Of a stretch of DNA of 64,000 bases, positions 42,055 to 53,394 are shown piece by piece. Location of the stretch: the NCBI GenBank assembly GCA_965261595.1, contig CBDHDG010000006.1, forward strand, positions 256,001 to 320,000, given 5' to 3'. Positions within the stretch are counted from its first letter, which is position 1, and each line of letters starts with the position of its first letter. This DNA is from a bacterium (lineage in GTDB: Bacteria > UBA8248 > JACPRG01 > G963555815). A program made the translations under genes and the position numbers. Under the pieces are notes generated by a model that worked only from the letters and a program-made list of their open reading frames with translations, was not told the origin of the DNA and made no database searches.

Positions 42055-42558
42055 CTAGGGGCATGAGGAGTAACGCGGCGGACCCGCATCGGTCATTTCC
42101 GAACCGTAATAGACGCGCGCCAGATTCGCCCAATAACCCGCCGTCTCGCACATCCGGCAAGGTCTCGCGGTTGTGTACATGACGCAGCCGCTGAGGTCGC
42201 CCGTTCCCAACCGGCGGCCGGCGTCCCGAATGGCCTCCATTTCTCCATGAGCCGTCGGGTCGTGGCGGACGATCACCCGGCTTGGAGCCTGGCCTACGAT
42301 TTCCCCCCCTTTTACGATGATTGCGCCGAACCCCTGATCTCCGCTCGCGACCGCCAACCGCCTCATCTTCATCGCCCGTTCCATGAAATGTTTTGAGTCG
42401 GCTTGAGCGGGTTGCGTGATCGGGGGGGGCGGACCGTTCGCCTCCGAGGAGCCGGCCGAGAGAATTTTCCCCAGCGTCAGGACCGCTCCGACACCCATCA
42501 CGCTTTTCAAAAACATCCTCCGGTCCTCGGCACGGCTTCCTGAACGCCTTTTCCCCAT
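42055..42558 (-). CDS. Zn-dependent nucleoside/nucleobase deaminase with Tat-like signal
   Basis: RRMFLK + hydrophobic stretch; AHGE, PCRMC. Confidence 0.85.
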   Translation of the reverse strand: MGKRRSGSRAEDRRMFLKSVMGVGAVLTLGKILSAGSSEANGPPPPITQPAQADSKHFMERAMKMRRLAVASGDQGFGAIIVKGGEIVGQAPSRVIVRHDPTAHGEMEAIRDAGRRLGTGDLSGCVMYTTARPCRMCETAGYWANLARVYYGSEMTDAGPPRYSSCP

Positions 42559-42748
42559 GATCCCGGCTCTCCCCTGGTGAAAATGCTCGACACAAACTAT
42601 CCGTTGAGACACCCCGGTGGAACCCCTCGGACACCTTCAAGCAGATCCTTGCAAGGCTCAATCCACGAGGGATCAGTCATGATTCCCGCCCTGCCGAGCG
42701 CTCCCCTTACCCTTGACAGCCCGCCTCCATCCGCAACGCCCCGCGATT

Positions 42749-42975
42749 GTCATTCCCGCGCAGGCGGGAATCCAGAAGCACTTCAGATTAGTCCCCATGA
42801 ACCCGACCTCCGCCTGCGCGAAAGGCCCTTCTCCCTCTCGTATACTTCTCAACTCGATGACCAAGCGGGCAGAAGGATGGGCCCGCAGCTCAGAACCTTG
42901 GATTCCCGCCTGCGCGGGAATGACGGCACCGTGTGGACGTTTGACAGTGCCTGTTCTCACGATCGCCGGCGCCGC
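42749..42975. repeat. REP family B inverted pair (GTCATTCCCGCGnAGGCGGGAATCCA) with conserved tail
   Basis: Copies at 42749-42775 (+) and 42899-42924 (-); 42879-42975 matches 63381-63470 inverted. Confidence 0.8.
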
Positions 42976-43081
42976 ACAGCCGATGAAAACTGGGGATCAG
43001 TGAACCCACACCTTCCCTTGATTCCCGGCGGCTTGGGTGTATACTTGATCTTCAGAACATATGAATAGACGGACCTGAATC

Positions 43082-43185
43082 CGTTCTCCGAGCCTCCGGG
43101 TGCTTGGACGCAAAAGTTCATGACCCGCGGGCCGATAGGGTTGGGGGGGAGACCCGCCAGCCTCCCGTGTTTGGAAAGGAGAACG
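43082..43185 (+). ncRNA. Moco RNA motif (molybdenum-cofactor riboswitch candidate)
   Basis: CTCCGAGC head, GCCTCCCGTGTTTGGAAAGGAG tail, P1 CGTTCTCC/GGAGAACG, directly upstream of moaA. Confidence 0.85.
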
Positions 43186-43225
43186 CAGGCCCCGGCGAAG
43201 AATTTTCCCGGGCCAGCGTTCCCTT

Positions 43226-44266
43226 GTGAATGCCGGCCTTTTTTTGGTGCAAGGCGGTTCACCCGTCCCGAGGAAATTCATCCTGGCCCTCTACGACACA
43301 TACGGCCGGCCGCACAACGATCTGCGGATCTCCGTGACCGACCAGTGCAACTTCCGGTGCCAGTATTGCATGCCGGAGGAGGGGATGGTCTGGCTGCCGA
43401 AGGAGCAGATCCTCTCCTTCGAGGAGATCGCCCGGGTCGTGCGCGTCACCTCCGACCTCGGCTTCGACAGCTACCACCTGACGGGCGGGGAGCCCTTGCT
43501 CAGAAAAGAGATCGACCGGCTCGTGCGGATGATGCTCGAGATCAGCCCGGACATGGATCTGGCGCTGACGACGAACGGCGTCCTCCTGCCCCGGCTGGCC
43601 AAGGGCCTTTACGACGCGGGCCTCAGGCGGATCAACATCAGCCTGGACTCCCTGAAGCCCCACAAGTTCCTCGAAATCACCCGCCGGGACATGTTCCGGC
43701 AGACCCTCGACGGCATCCAGGCCGCCGCGGACGCGGGATTCCACCCCATCAAGATCAATGCCGTGGGCATCAACGGGTTCAACCACGACGAGCTGGAAGA
43801 CTTCGGCCGGTGGGCGCGGGAGACCGGCTATATCGTCCGGTTCATCGAGTACATGCCCCTGGACGCCCAGCACAAGTGGGAGATGAACAAGGTCCTCCCG
43901 GCCAAGAAGATCCTCGAGGGGCTCAGTCGCGCCGGAGAGCTCGAGCTCGTCCGGGACAACCCCCACGACCCGGCCACCAAATACCGGTACAAGGACGGCA
44001 AGGGCGAAGTGGGCGTGATCCCGACGGTGACGGAGCCCTTCTGCGCCACGTGCAACCGGATCCGGCTGACAGCGGACGGCATGATCCGGACTTGTTTGTT
44101 CTCGACCGTCGAGCACGACGTCAAGTCGCACCTGCGGGGCGGCGCGGACGACGAAACCATCAAGGAATGGCTGGCGGGGGTCGTCCTCACGAAGACCCCC
44201 GGCCACCTGATCGGCCAAAAGGAGTTCGTCCAGCCCGAGCGGGGCATGAGCGCCATCGGAGGGTAG
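43226..44266 (+). CDS. moaA: GTP 3',8-cyclase MoaA (start uncertain, 43226-43283)
   Basis: LRISVTDQCNFRCQYC, FCATCNRIRLTADG..TCL, C-terminal MSAIGG. Confidence 0.96.
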   Translation: MNAGLFLVQGGSPVPRKFILALYDTYGRPHNDLRISVTDQCNFRCQYCMPEEGMVWLPKEQILSFEEIARVVRVTSDLGFDSYHLTGGEPLLRKEIDRLVRMMLEISPDMDLALTTNGVLLPRLAKGLYDAGLRRINISLDSLKPHKFLEITRRDMFRQTLDGIQAAADAGFHPIKINAVGINGFNHDELEDFGRWARETGYIVRFIEYMPLDAQHKWEMNKVLPAKKILEGLSRAGELELVRDNPHDPATKYRYKDGKGEVGVIPTVTEPFCATCNRIRLTADGMIRTCLFSTVEHDVKSHLRGGADDETIKEWLAGVVLTKTPGHLIGQKEFVQPERGMSAIGG

Positions 44267-44348
44267 CCATGCGGCCTCGGAATAACAGCCGCGAAAAAGG
44301 CGCCGGGGCGCGCCTGGCCCCGCGGCTCCGGAATCGGCCGCGAACCAC

Positions 44349-44403
44349 TTGACACGGGGAGAACCGGGGCGTAAATTATATCCGATAAGAAAAGTCGGAT
44401 ATA
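44349..44403 (+). promoter_or_regulatory. isc promoter with Rrf2/IscR-type operator
   Basis: TTGACA-17bp-TAAATT followed by palindrome TATATCCGA-N9-TCGGATATA. Confidence 0.78.
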
Positions 44404-44427
44404 GACAGTCCGCCGATTGGAGCGAAG

Positions 44428-44877
44428 ATGCTCTCTCTCACGAAAAAGACCGATTATGCGATCCTCGCGCTCAGTAGCTTGGCCTCCGTGGATGAGGGCA
44501 AGGTGCTCAATGTGCGGGAGATTGCGACGCAATTCGACCTTCCCGCCGAGCTGTTGGCCAAGGCCATGCAGTGCCTGGCGCGGGAGGGTCTGGTCATCTC
44601 GTATGCGGGCCCCGCGGGCGGATATTCGCTGGCCCGCGACCCGGTTGAGATCAGTGTGGCCGACATCGTGTTGGCCCTCGAGGGCCCCCTGAGGATAGCC
44701 AGCTGCTTCGATGAGGACAGTCCCAATCTTTGCGCCGCCATCGAAAAGTGCACCTTGCGGGAGCCCATTAAACGACTGCAACAACGGCTCTTCGAACTGC
44801 TGGACGGCATCTCGCTGGCGGAGATGAGCCAAGACCTCGTTGGAGTGAGTGATGAAACTTCCCATCTACATGGATAA
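44428..44877 (+). CDS. iscR: Rrf2 family regulator (IscR-like)
   Basis: [14 protein letters not shown], three C-terminal Cys; heads the isc operon. Confidence 0.85.
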   Translation: MLSLTKKTDYAILALSSLASVDEGKVLNVREIATQFDLPAELLAKAMQCLAREGLVISYAGPAGGYSLARDPVEISVADIVLALEGPLRIASCFDEDSPNLCAAIEKCTLREPIKRLQQRLFELLDGISLAEMSQDLVGVSDETSHLHG

Positions 44878-46066
44878 TCACGCCACCACCCCGGTGGACC
44901 CGAGAGTGTTGGAGGAGATGAATCCTTACTTCGCACAGGACTTCGGCAACGCGGCCAGCCGCAACCATTCCTTCGGCTGGCGGGCGGAGGAGGGGGTGGA
45001 CGAGGCCCGGGCGCGCGTGGCGGCGCTGATCAACGCCGATCCCAAAGAGATCATCTTCACCAGTGGGGCCACCGAATCGGACAACCTCGCGCTCAAGGGC
45101 GTGGCGGCGCTTTACAAGGAGAAGGGCAACCACATCATCACCAGCAAGATCGAGCACAAGGCCATCCTGGACAGCGCCAAGACCCTGGAGCGCCAGGGGT
45201 TCGAGGTGACCTACCTCGTGCCGGACGAATACGGCCGGACCTCGCTGGAGAGCGTCGAGGAGGCCCTGAGAGACGATACGATTCTGGTGTCGATCATGCT
45301 GGCCAACAACGAGATCGGGACCATCAACCCCATCGCCGAGATTGGGCGGTGCGTCAAGGAGCGGGGGATCGTCTTTCACACCGACGCCGTCCAGGGGGTG
45401 GGGAAAATCCCCGTGGACGTCCAGGCCATGAACATCGACCTGCTCTCCCTGTCGGCGCACAAGATTTACGGCCCCAAAGGGGTCGGCGCTCTTTACGTCC
45501 GGCGGAAAAAACCCCGCATTCGTCTGGCCCCAATCATCGACGGCGGGGGACACGAGCGCGGCATGCGGTCGGGCACGCTCAACGTGACGGGGATCATCGG
45601 CCTCGGCAAGGCCTGCCAAATCTGCGGCGAGGAGATGGATGAGGAGAATGGCCGGCTGATCGGCCTCCGGGACAAGATCCACAACGAAATCACCGAGCGT
45701 CTGGATGAGGTCCACCTCAACGGCCATCCGACCGAGCGGCTGCCTCATTCGCTCAATCTGAGCTTCGCCTACGTGGAAGGGGAATCGATGCTGATGGGGC
45801 TCAACGAAATCGCCATCTCATCGGGCTCGGCCTGCACGTCGGCGACGCTGGAACCCTCCTACGTCCTGAAGGGCATCGGACGCGGAGACGAGTTGGCGCA
45901 TTCCTCCCTGCGCTTCGGCCTGGGACGTTTCAACACGGAGGAGGAAGTGGATTACACCATCGGGCGCGTGGTGGAGGTCGTCGCCCGCCTTCGCGAGATG
46001 AGTCCGCTGTACGAGATGGCCAAGGAAGGCATCGACCTGAGCACCATCAAGTGGGCTGAACACTAA
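44852..46066 (+). CDS. iscS: Cysteine desulfurase
   Basis: [25 protein letters not shown]. Confidence 0.97.
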   Translation: MKLPIYMDNHATTPVDPRVLEEMNPYFAQDFGNAASRNHSFGWRAEEGVDEARARVAALINADPKEIIFTSGATESDNLALKGVAALYKEKGNHIITSKIEHKAILDSAKTLERQGFEVTYLVPDEYGRTSLESVEEALRDDTILVSIMLANNEIGTINPIAEIGRCVKERGIVFHTDAVQGVGKIPVDVQAMNIDLLSLSAHKIYGPKGVGALYVRRKKPRIRLAPIIDGGGHERGMRSGTLNVTGIIGLGKACQICGEEMDEENGRLIGLRDKIHNEITERLDEVHLNGHPTERLPHSLNLSFAYVEGESMLMGLNEIAISSGSACTSATLEPSYVLKGIGRGDELAHSSLRFGLGRFNTEEEVDYTIGRVVEVVARLREMSPLYEMAKEGIDLSTIKWAEH

Positions 46067-46122
46067 GAACGTGTCGGACCACAGTCCGAGCGGGACATAA
46101 ACAATAGGGAAGGAGCGGCAAC

Positions 46123-46509
46123 ATGGTTTACAGCGACAAAGTCGTGGATCATTTCAACAACCCCCGAAACCTGGGGAGCCTGGACAAGTCGGACCCCGCC
46201 GTGGGGACGGGGCTCGCCGGCGCGCCGGAGTGCGGCGACGTGATGAAGCTTCAGATCAAGGTCAATGATCAGGGCGTCATCGAAGAGGCCAAGTTCAAGA
46301 CCTTCGGGTGCGGCAGCGCCATCGCCAGCTCCAGCCTCGCCACCGAGATGATGAAGGGCAGGACGCCGGACGAGGCCCTGGCGATCAAGAACACCATTAT
46401 CGTGGAAGAGCTCAGCCTTCCCCCCGTCAAGATTCACTGTTCGGTTCTGGCGGAAGACGCGATCGTTGCCGCTGTCAAGGACTACAAAGCAAAGAAAACC
46501 GGGGCGTAA
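46123..46509 (+). CDS. iscU: Fe-S scaffold
   Basis: APECGD, GCGSAIA, LPPVKIHC. Confidence 0.97.
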   Translation: MVYSDKVVDHFNNPRNLGSLDKSDPAVGTGLAGAPECGDVMKLQIKVNDQGVIEEAKFKTFGCGSAIASSSLATEMMKGRTPDEALAIKNTIIVEELSLPPVKIHCSVLAEDAIVAAVKDYKAKKTGA

Positions 46510-46536
46510 GCCTCCATCCAAGGAAAGGAGACGCGG

Positions 46537-46860
46537 ATGATCACCTTGACGGGGACCGCGATCAAACAGGTCAAGCATCTCTTCGATGAGCAGAACCTCC
46601 AGGATTACGCCCTCCGGGTCGGCATCCAGGGCGGAGGCTGCTCGGGTCTCTCTTACACGCTGGGATTCGACTCCGAGATCAAAGAGAAGGACAAAGTGTT
46701 CGAAATCGAGGGAATCAAGGTCGTGGTCGACATGAAGAGCCTTCTCTACCTCGGCGGGACGACGCTGACGTACGAGGAATCCATGATGGGCGGGGGATTC
46801 CGGTTCGAGAATCCGAACGCCAAGCGGACTTGCGGCTGCGGAAGCTCCTTCACCGCCTGA
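46537..46860 (+). CDS. iscA: A-type Fe-S carrier
   Basis: GGCSG, CGCGSSF. Confidence 0.93.
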   Translation: MITLTGTAIKQVKHLFDEQNLQDYALRVGIQGGGCSGLSYTLGFDSEIKEKDKVFEIEGIKVVVDMKSLLYLGGTTLTYEESMMGGGFRFENPNAKRTCGCGSSFTA

Positions 46861-47035
46861 CTCCCTGCCCGGCAGGGGCTGGAGATCGCTGAAGTTGGGA
46901 ACGGGGGTCTTTTCGGGATGAGGCATGCCGCCTTCTCCGAAAAGGCCCCTGATTTTTGGCGCGAACCGGCTGAACGTCCGGGCGAAAGGACAACCAGGGG
47001 AGGGTGACCGACTTTTCGGGAAGGGGTGGCCGAAC

Positions 47036-47737
47036 ATGGACAAGACCGGACCGGATTCCGGGCAAGCCGCCAGACACCTGTGTTGGGACTGCAATCAGGA
47101 AACCGCCGGAGGGCCTCTTTGCGAGCATTGCTCCAAGATCCAGCCCGCCGGACCGGGCACAGACCACTTTCAGTTCATGGGGCTGCCGCGGCGGCTTCGG
47201 ATCGACGTCCAGGACCTGGAGCGCCGCTTCTACGGCCTGAGCCGGACTCTCCATCCGGATTTTTATCAGAACGCCGAATCCTACGAGCAGCGGGTCAGCC
47301 TGGAGAACTCGGCCGTTCTCAATCGGGCGTACCGGGCGCTTCGGGAGCCTTTTGCGCGGGCCGAATACCTGGTGAAATTGGAATTCGGGTCGGACAAAGA
47401 GCTCGTCCCCTCCCCTCCGGATGAGTTTCTGGAACAGGTCTTCGAGTTCAACGAAAGGCTCCAGGAATTTCAGTCTGAAGACGACGAAGGGCGAAAGAAG
47501 GCGCTGGGCGCGGAGTTGAAGGAAGACCAACGCCTCTTCGAGGAAAGGGAGGCCGCCCTGCTGTCGCGCCTGGATGACCTGTTCGGCCGCTGGGACGCCG
47601 CCGCGGACGCAGGGGGGGGGGGGGAAGACCCGGCGGAGACCCTCGAAGACCTGAAGACGGTGCTTTCTCAGCGCAAATACATCCAAAACGCCGTGAGAGA
47701 CATCACGGAGGCCCTCCATTGCCATACGTCAGTCTGA
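47036..47737 (+). CDS. hscB: Fe-S co-chaperone with N-terminal tetracysteine domain
   Basis: CWDC...CEHC, HPD, RAEYL. Confidence 0.92.
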   Translation: MDKTGPDSGQAARHLCWDCNQETAGGPLCEHCSKIQPAGPGTDHFQFMGLPRRLRIDVQDLERRFYGLSRTLHPDFYQNAESYEQRVSLENSAVLNRAYRALREPFARAEYLVKLEFGSDKELVPSPPDEFLEQVFEFNERLQEFQSEDDEGRKKALGAELKEDQRLFEEREAALLSRLDDLFGRWDAAADAGGGGEDPAETLEDLKTVLSQRKYIQNAVRDITEALHCHTSV

Positions 47738-49590
47738 ACCGTTCGGGAAGCCCGGACCCGGATCCCATCATCGGAATCGACCTGGGAACGACCAAGAGCG
47801 TGGCCGCCTACATGGACGGCGACGAGCCCCGGGTGATCCAGGATGAGGACGGGGACGGCATCCTCCCCTCGGTGATCGGGATCAGCGATTCCGGGTTCAT
47901 CGTGGGGAAGCGGGCCCGGCGGGAAGCCGTTTCGCGGGCGGACCGGACAATCTATTCGATCAAGCGGTTCATGGGGAGATCCCTCGAAGACATGGGGGAC
48001 GACCTCGAGTTCCTGCCCTTCGAGGTCTCGCTCGAATCGGGGACCGTCATCCACATCCGGGTCGGCGAGGCCGAATACACCCCGGCCGATCTTTCAGCGC
48101 TCATCCTGCGGGAGTTGAAGGAGCGGGCGGAACGGCGCCTGGGCCGCGAGGTCCGTAGGGCCGTGATCACCGTCCCGGCCTACTTCAACGACAGTCAGCG
48201 CCAGTCCACCAAGGACGCGGGCCGGATCGCCGGCCTGGAAGTGCTTCGCATCGTCAACGAGCCGACCGCGGCGTCGCTGGCCTACGGCCTGGACCGCGGG
48301 CGGGACGGCCTGATCGCCGTCTACGACTTCGGGGGCGGAACCTTCGACGTCTCCATCCTGAAGCTGCACGACGGGATCTTCGAAGTGCTCTCGACCTGCG
48401 GGGACTCACACCTGGGCGGAGACGATATCGACCACGTGCTCATCAAGCATTTCCGGCCCGCCGTTGAAGAAGCCGCCGGCCTGTCACTGCGGGACAGTCC
48501 GGCCGTCCTTCAGGCCCTCAAGGACGCCCTCGAAGACGCCAAGATTCAGCTGTCCGACGTGGAGCGCGCCGAGGTGATCGTTGCGGCGCCGGCCGGGGCC
48601 GAAGCCTTCCGGACCGGGTTGGACATCGAGACCTTCGAGTCCCTGATCACCCCGGTGGTGGATCGAACCCTGGCGCCATGCCGCCAGGCCCTGAAGGACG
48701 CGGGGGTCTCCCCCGCGGACCTGGACGAAGTGGTTCTCGTCGGCGGGACCACGCTCATTCCGCTGGTCCGCCGGAAGGTGGAATCCCTGTTCGGGAAGAG
48801 GCCCCATACGGAGTTGAACCCGCGCGAGGTGGTGGCCCTGGGCGCAGCCGTTCAGGCCGGCGTCCTGGCCGGGACCGTTCAGGACATCCTCCTGTTGGAC
48901 GTGACCCCCCTGTCTTTGGGCATCGGGGTGATGGGCGGGGTGACCAGCGTCCTGATTCCCCGCAACAGCACCATTCCCACCAGCGCCCACGAGACGTTCA
49001 CAACGTACGTGGACGGCCAGGCGTCCGTGGACATCCACGTGGTTCAGGGGGAGCGGGAGCTGGCGGCGGACAACCGAAGCCTGGCCCAGTTCCAATTTCG
49101 GGGGATCGAGCCGATGCCGGCCGGGATCCCCCGTATCGAGGTGAAGTTCCTCATCGACGCCAACGGCATTCTCAACGTGTCCGCGAAGGACACGAAGACC
49201 GGAAGCGTCCAGTCGGTCGAGGTCAAGCCGTCCTATGGACTCACCGACGAGGAAGTGGAGCGGATGATCCGCGAATCATTCGATTCCGCGGAGTCCGATC
49301 TCACGGCCCGCTTCCTCATCGAGGCGCGGACCAAGGCCGAAACCGTCATGCGGGCGGCCGAGAAGGCATTGGCCCAAGGGGCGGGCCTCATCGGTGAAGA
49401 CGAGAAGAAGGAGATCGAGGAGAACCTCGTTTCCATGCGGGACGCCGTTCAGGGCGACGACCGGGAGGTCATCCAATCCCGCCTGGATCGATTGAACGAG
49501 GCCTCTTTGCACCTCGCCGAGGTGCTCATGGACAACACGCTGAAGGCCGCCGTCGAGGACCACGCGGTTGAGGATTTCCTGACGGAATGA
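47719..49590 (+). CDS. hscA: Fe-S chaperone Hsp70
   Basis: [28 protein letters not shown]; operon position. Confidence 0.93.
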   Translation: MPYVSLNRSGSPDPDPIIGIDLGTTKSVAAYMDGDEPRVIQDEDGDGILPSVIGISDSGFIVGKRARREAVSRADRTIYSIKRFMGRSLEDMGDDLEFLPFEVSLESGTVIHIRVGEAEYTPADLSALILRELKERAERRLGREVRRAVITVPAYFNDSQRQSTKDAGRIAGLEVLRIVNEPTAASLAYGLDRGRDGLIAVYDFGGGTFDVSILKLHDGIFEVLSTCGDSHLGGDDIDHVLIKHFRPAVEEAAGLSLRDSPAVLQALKDALEDAKIQLSDVERAEVIVAAPAGAEAFRTGLDIETFESLITPVVDRTLAPCRQALKDAGVSPADLDEVVLVGGTTLIPLVRRKVESLFGKRPHTELNPREVVALGAAVQAGVLAGTVQDILLLDVTPLSLGIGVMGGVTSVLIPRNSTIPTSAHETFTTYVDGQASVDIHVVQGERELAADNRSLAQFQFRGIEPMPAGIPRIEVKFLIDANGILNVSAKDTKTGSVQSVEVKPSYGLTDEEVERMIRESFDSAESDLTARFLIEARTKAETVMRAAEKALAQGAGLIGEDEKKEIEENLVSMRDAVQGDDREVIQSRLDRLNEASLHLAEVLMDNTLKAAVEDHAVEDFLTE

Positions 49591-49650
49591 ATCCGCCGCG
49601 GGGGTTCGCATCGCACGCCGGCCACACATGCCTTGAGGGGGGTGGCGCGA

Positions 49651-50067
49651 ATGTATCAAGTGACCTTCGTTCCGGAAAACGTCATGGTGGAGACTGAGGC
49701 GGGAGAAACCCTCCTGGACCTAGCCAACCGGAACGGCATCTTCATCGACAGCAACTGCGGCGGATTCTGCGCCTGCAGCACCTGCCATGTGATCATCAAA
49801 GAAGGCATGGAGCACCTGCCGGAGGCGACCGAGGAGGAGGAGGACCAGCTCGACGAGGCCACCGGTCTGACCCTGACCAGCCGCCTCAGCTGCCAATGCA
49901 TCCTCGGAGAAGAAGGACCCGGCGAGGGCGAGCTTGTGGTCGAGATTCCCCTGCACAACCGGAACGCCCCGGGGATCATCGGCGGCCACGCCCACGGGGA
50001 CGACGACCACGATCACGGGGACGATCACGACCACGTCGCCGAACACGCCCACAACGAAGGACATTAG
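49651..50067 (+). CDS. fdx: ISC [2Fe-2S] ferredoxin with His/Asp-rich tail
   Basis: CGGFCACSTCH, SRLSCQ. Confidence 0.92.
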   Translation: MYQVTFVPENVMVETEAGETLLDLANRNGIFIDSNCGGFCACSTCHVIIKEGMEHLPEATEEEEDQLDEATGLTLTSRLSCQCILGEEGPGEGELVVEIPLHNRNAPGIIGGHAHGDDDHDHGDDHDHVAEHAHNEGH

Positions 50068-50076
50068 CCGCCCGTG

Positions 50077-50292
50077 ATGAAATTTGGATGGCACGACCCC
50101 GAAGACATCGGCATCGCGCTCTACGAGAAGCATCCGGACCAGGACCCGCTGGCCGTCCGCTTCACCGATCTTCACCGTTGGGTCACGGAGTTGGAGGACT
50201 TCGACGATGAGCCGAAGGAGTCCAACGAAGGGCTCCTCGAAGCCGTTCAAATGGCCTGGTTGGAAGAGTACCGGGATAACCAGGAAGAATAA
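50077..50292 (+). CDS. iscX: Fe-S assembly protein IscX
   Basis: DIGIALYE..DPLAVRFTDLHRWV..LEAVQMAW. Confidence 0.92.
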   Translation: MKFGWHDPEDIGIALYEKHPDQDPLAVRFTDLHRWVTELEDFDDEPKESNEGLLEAVQMAWLEEYRDNQEE

Positions 50293-50453
50293 TCCGCCGC
50301 CGGGTCCGTTCGCTCAGTCTGAAAACGGGGTACGCGCCGCGCGCAAGAAATGTCCGCGGCGCCGGCAAAGGCCGGCGGATGTGAGCGGGAAAGGAGCGGC
50401 CGCACGGCCACTCCTTTCTTTGTCCGGGACCAGAGAGAAAGAAAAACCCGCAC

Positions 50454-51737
50454 TCAGCGGCGGCGGAAGGACCTGCCCCTGCCCCGGCGGGAAAGGGAGG
50501 GGGCGGAAGGCTTGCGGTTTTCCAGATCCAGGACGTACGCGAAGTCTCCGTAATCGAAGTTCTCCTCGCGCCCTTTGGCAATCTCCATTCCAATGAACCG
50601 TTCGATCGCCTTCAGCATGTGCTCCTCGTCCAGGGTGAGCAGCGTCACGGCCCAACCAGCGGCGTCCGCCCGGGCGGTCCGGCCGATGCGGTGGATGTAG
50701 TCCTCCGGGTTATCCGGAACGTTGTAATTGATCACATAGGTGATGCCCTCGATGTCCAGCCCGCGCGCGGCGACATCGGTGGCCACCAGGATCTGCGTTT
50801 TCCCGCGGCGGAAATCGGACAGGGCCTTTTCACGCTCATTTTGGCGGCGGTCGGAATGAATCAGGTCGATCGAAAACCCCTCCCGCATGAGCATCTGCGC
50901 CAGGACGTTCACGTCCTGGCGGGTCCTGGCGAACAGGAGGAGCCGGCCGTACTCTCTCTCCCGGAGGATGTGAAGAAGGAGATCCATCTTGCGGGATTTC
51001 GAGACGCGGTAAGCCAGGTGCTCTATCCCTTCCGCCGGCGCGGCCCTTCTGCCGACCTCGACCGTGACCGGGTCGGTGAGGGCGGCCCCAGCCAGCGCCC
51101 GGATCCCCACCGGCATCGTCGCTGAAAACAGCATGGATTGCCGCTTCTTGGGAAGAAAGGTCAAAATCCGCCGGATGTCCGGGGCGAATCCCATGTCGAG
51201 CATTCGATCCGCCTCGTCCAGGATGAGAAATTGAAGTTTCTTGAAATGGACGTTTCTGCGCCTCATTTGATCCAGGAGGCGACCCGGCGTGGCGACCACC
51301 ACGTCCACGCCGGCCGCCATGCGCTTCGCCTGGACGTCTATGCTCACGCCGCCGTATACCTGGACGATTTTGCACTGAGAAAACTTTGCCAGCTCTTCGA
51401 AATGCTCGGCCACCTGAACCGCCAATTCCCTTGTGGGCGTCAGGACCAGGGCGCGAGGCCCGCCCCTCCCCCCCCCCTCTTTGAGCCGTTGCAGGATAGG
51501 CAGGGCGAACGCCCCCGTCTTCCCCGTGCCGGTCTGGGCGCAGGCAATCAGATCCCGTCCCGCCAAGGCCGCGGGAATGGCGTCCGACTGAATGGGCGTC
51601 GGTTTCTCCCACCCCGCCTCCTGGACGGCGCGCAGAAGCGGGGGGGACAGGTTGAGTTGCTCGAATGAGGTGATTGGTTCGGGCGCAACGGGGCCGCCGG
51701 CATCGGTTGCCGGCAGCGCAACTTCCACGGAATCCAT
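50454..51737 (-). CDS. DEAD-box RNA helicase
   Basis: TGTGKT, PTRELA, DEAD, SAT, HRIGRTAR. Confidence 0.96.
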   Translation of the reverse strand: MDSVEVALPATDAGGPVAPEPITSFEQLNLSPPLLRAVQEAGWEKPTPIQSDAIPAALAGRDLIACAQTGTGKTGAFALPILQRLKEGGGRGGPRALVLTPTRELAVQVAEHFEELAKFSQCKIVQVYGGVSIDVQAKRMAAGVDVVVATPGRLLDQMRRRNVHFKKLQFLILDEADRMLDMGFAPDIRRILTFLPKKRQSMLFSATMPVGIRALAGAALTDPVTVEVGRRAAPAEGIEHLAYRVSKSRKMDLLLHILREREYGRLLLFARTRQDVNVLAQMLMREGFSIDLIHSDRRQNEREKALSDFRRGKTQILVATDVAARGLDIEGITYVINYNVPDNPEDYIHRIGRTARADAAGWAVTLLTLDEEHMLKAIERFIGMEIAKGREENFDYGDFAYVLDLENRKPSAPSLSRRGRGRSFRRR

Positions 51738-52102
51738 CAAATCTCTCTTTCTGTCACAAAAAAAGGCCCGGCGAATCTCCGCGCCCTTCCTGCTCGGTTG
51801 GACCTACGCCTGGTTGACAGAGAGAAGTGGAATCCTTCTGGGTTACAGAAAACCCCCGTGAGCCGCTTGGGCCGCGGAGATTCTCATCAGGCGTACGGTC
51901 GTTGCATTGGGTCGGCGCTTCGAGAATATCCACTGATATAAATACTTAGCGCATCGGGAGGGATTAAGCAAATCGATTTACTCGGTCGAATCGAATAGGG
52001 TCGGACGTTAACTTTTGGATTTTTGCGCAGCGTTCCTCCCCCGCTCTAGGGTTTTGTTGGACACTCGATTGATCCATGATTCATGGAGAAAGGGGTGTCG
52101 CG

Positions 52103-52489
52103 ATGAACGAACAAAAGCAAGAGGGGGCTTTGGCGGAGGGCGCCCGCAGGGCGAACGGAGCCAAGGCCCCAGGGCATCGCAGTGAGCGGGGTCGGTTCTC
52201 CTGCCAGCGCAAGCGGGAGGCGGTCCTGCGTCTTTTGCGGGGCGAGAGCCTGGAGACGCTCTGCCGCGAGTTGGGCACGACAGCGGCTCGGCTTTCCGCC
52301 TGGCGCGAGGCGTTCCTTCGCGGGGGCGAGGCGGCGCTCAAAGCCCGCCCGGCGGATGAGCGGGACGAGGAGAACGCCCGGCTCAAGGCCAAGGTGGGCG
52401 AACTCACGATGGAGGGCGAGGTCCTGCGGGAGAAGATCGACCGCCTGGAGGCCGGCCGCCCTTTAGCCGGCAGGAGGTGGAGGCGATGA
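52103..52489 (+). CDS. IS3 OrfA
   Basis: Same protein as 4499-4885 with one substitution. Confidence 0.88.
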   Translation: MNEQKQEGALAEGARRANGAKAPGHRSERGRFSCQRKREAVLRLLRGESLETLCRELGTTAARLSAWREAFLRGGEAALKARPADERDEENARLKAKVGELTMEGEVLREKIDRLEAGRPLAGRRWRR

Positions 52490-53394
52490 GTCAGGCCCGC
52501 TTCACCTCCACGGGCAGAGCCTACGGCCTGAAGCGGGTGTGCGCCCTTTGGGGCTTGGCGCGCTCCACGGTCTACGCGCAACGGCGGCGAGAGGCGGTCC
52601 CCGTTCATGAACGCCCCACGCCCAATAAGCGCGGCCCTGTGGGCCCGTGCACCGATGCGGAACTCCTCGGCCACATCCGGCAGGTCCTGGAGGACTCTCC
52701 CTTCCATGGCGAGGGCTACCGCAAGGTGTGGGCGAGGCTGCGCTTCGCGGGCATCCGCACCAGCAAGGAGCGGGTGCGTCGCCTGATGCGGGAGGCGGGG
52801 CTTCAGGCCCCTCACCGGGTGGGCAAACCCCGAGGTCCCAAGGCCCACAACGGGACCATCCGCACCGAGCGGCCCGACCGAATGTGGGGCACGCACATGA
52901 CGACGACGGTGACCACCGAGGAGGGGATGGCCTCGGTGTTCGTGGCGGTGGATCACTGCTCGGTGGACTGCGTGGGGATCCATGCGGCCAAGAGCGGCAA
53001 CCGCTTCGAGGCCCTGGAGCCGATCCGGCAGGGGGTCGCCGAGCGCTTCGCCGGCTTGGAGGCGGACGTCGCCGAGGGGCTTAAAGTTCGTCACGACCAC
53101 GGCCCCGCCTATCTGTCCGATGACTTTCAGCGGGAGATCGCCTACCTGGGCATGACCAGTTCGCCCAGCTTCGTGCGGGCGCCCGAGGGAAATGGCTACT
53201 GTGAGTGGTTCATCCGCATCTTGAAGGAGAATCTCCTGTGGGTGCGCTCTTTCGCCACCGTAGAGGAACTGCGGTGGGCGCTGCTTGAGTTCAAGAACCT
53301 GTACAACCATCATTGGATTCTCGAGGGCTACGGCTACCGAACGCCGGCCCAGGCAAGGCAGGAAAAACTCGCTCAAGTTGCGGAGGCCGCATGA
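52486..53394 (+). CDS. IS3 OrfB (WGTH variant)
   Basis: Same protein as 3594-4502 with one substitution. Confidence 0.9.
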   Translation: MSQARFTSTGRAYGLKRVCALWGLARSTVYAQRRREAVPVHERPTPNKRGPVGPCTDAELLGHIRQVLEDSPFHGEGYRKVWARLRFAGIRTSKERVRRLMREAGLQAPHRVGKPRGPKAHNGTIRTERPDRMWGTHMTTTVTTEEGMASVFVAVDHCSVDCVGIHAAKSGNRFEALEPIRQGVAERFAGLEADVAEGLKVRHDHGPAYLSDDFQREIAYLGMTSSPSFVRAPEGNGYCEWFIRILKENLLWVRSFATVEELRWALLEFKNLYNHHWILEGYGYRTPAQARQEKLAQVAEAA

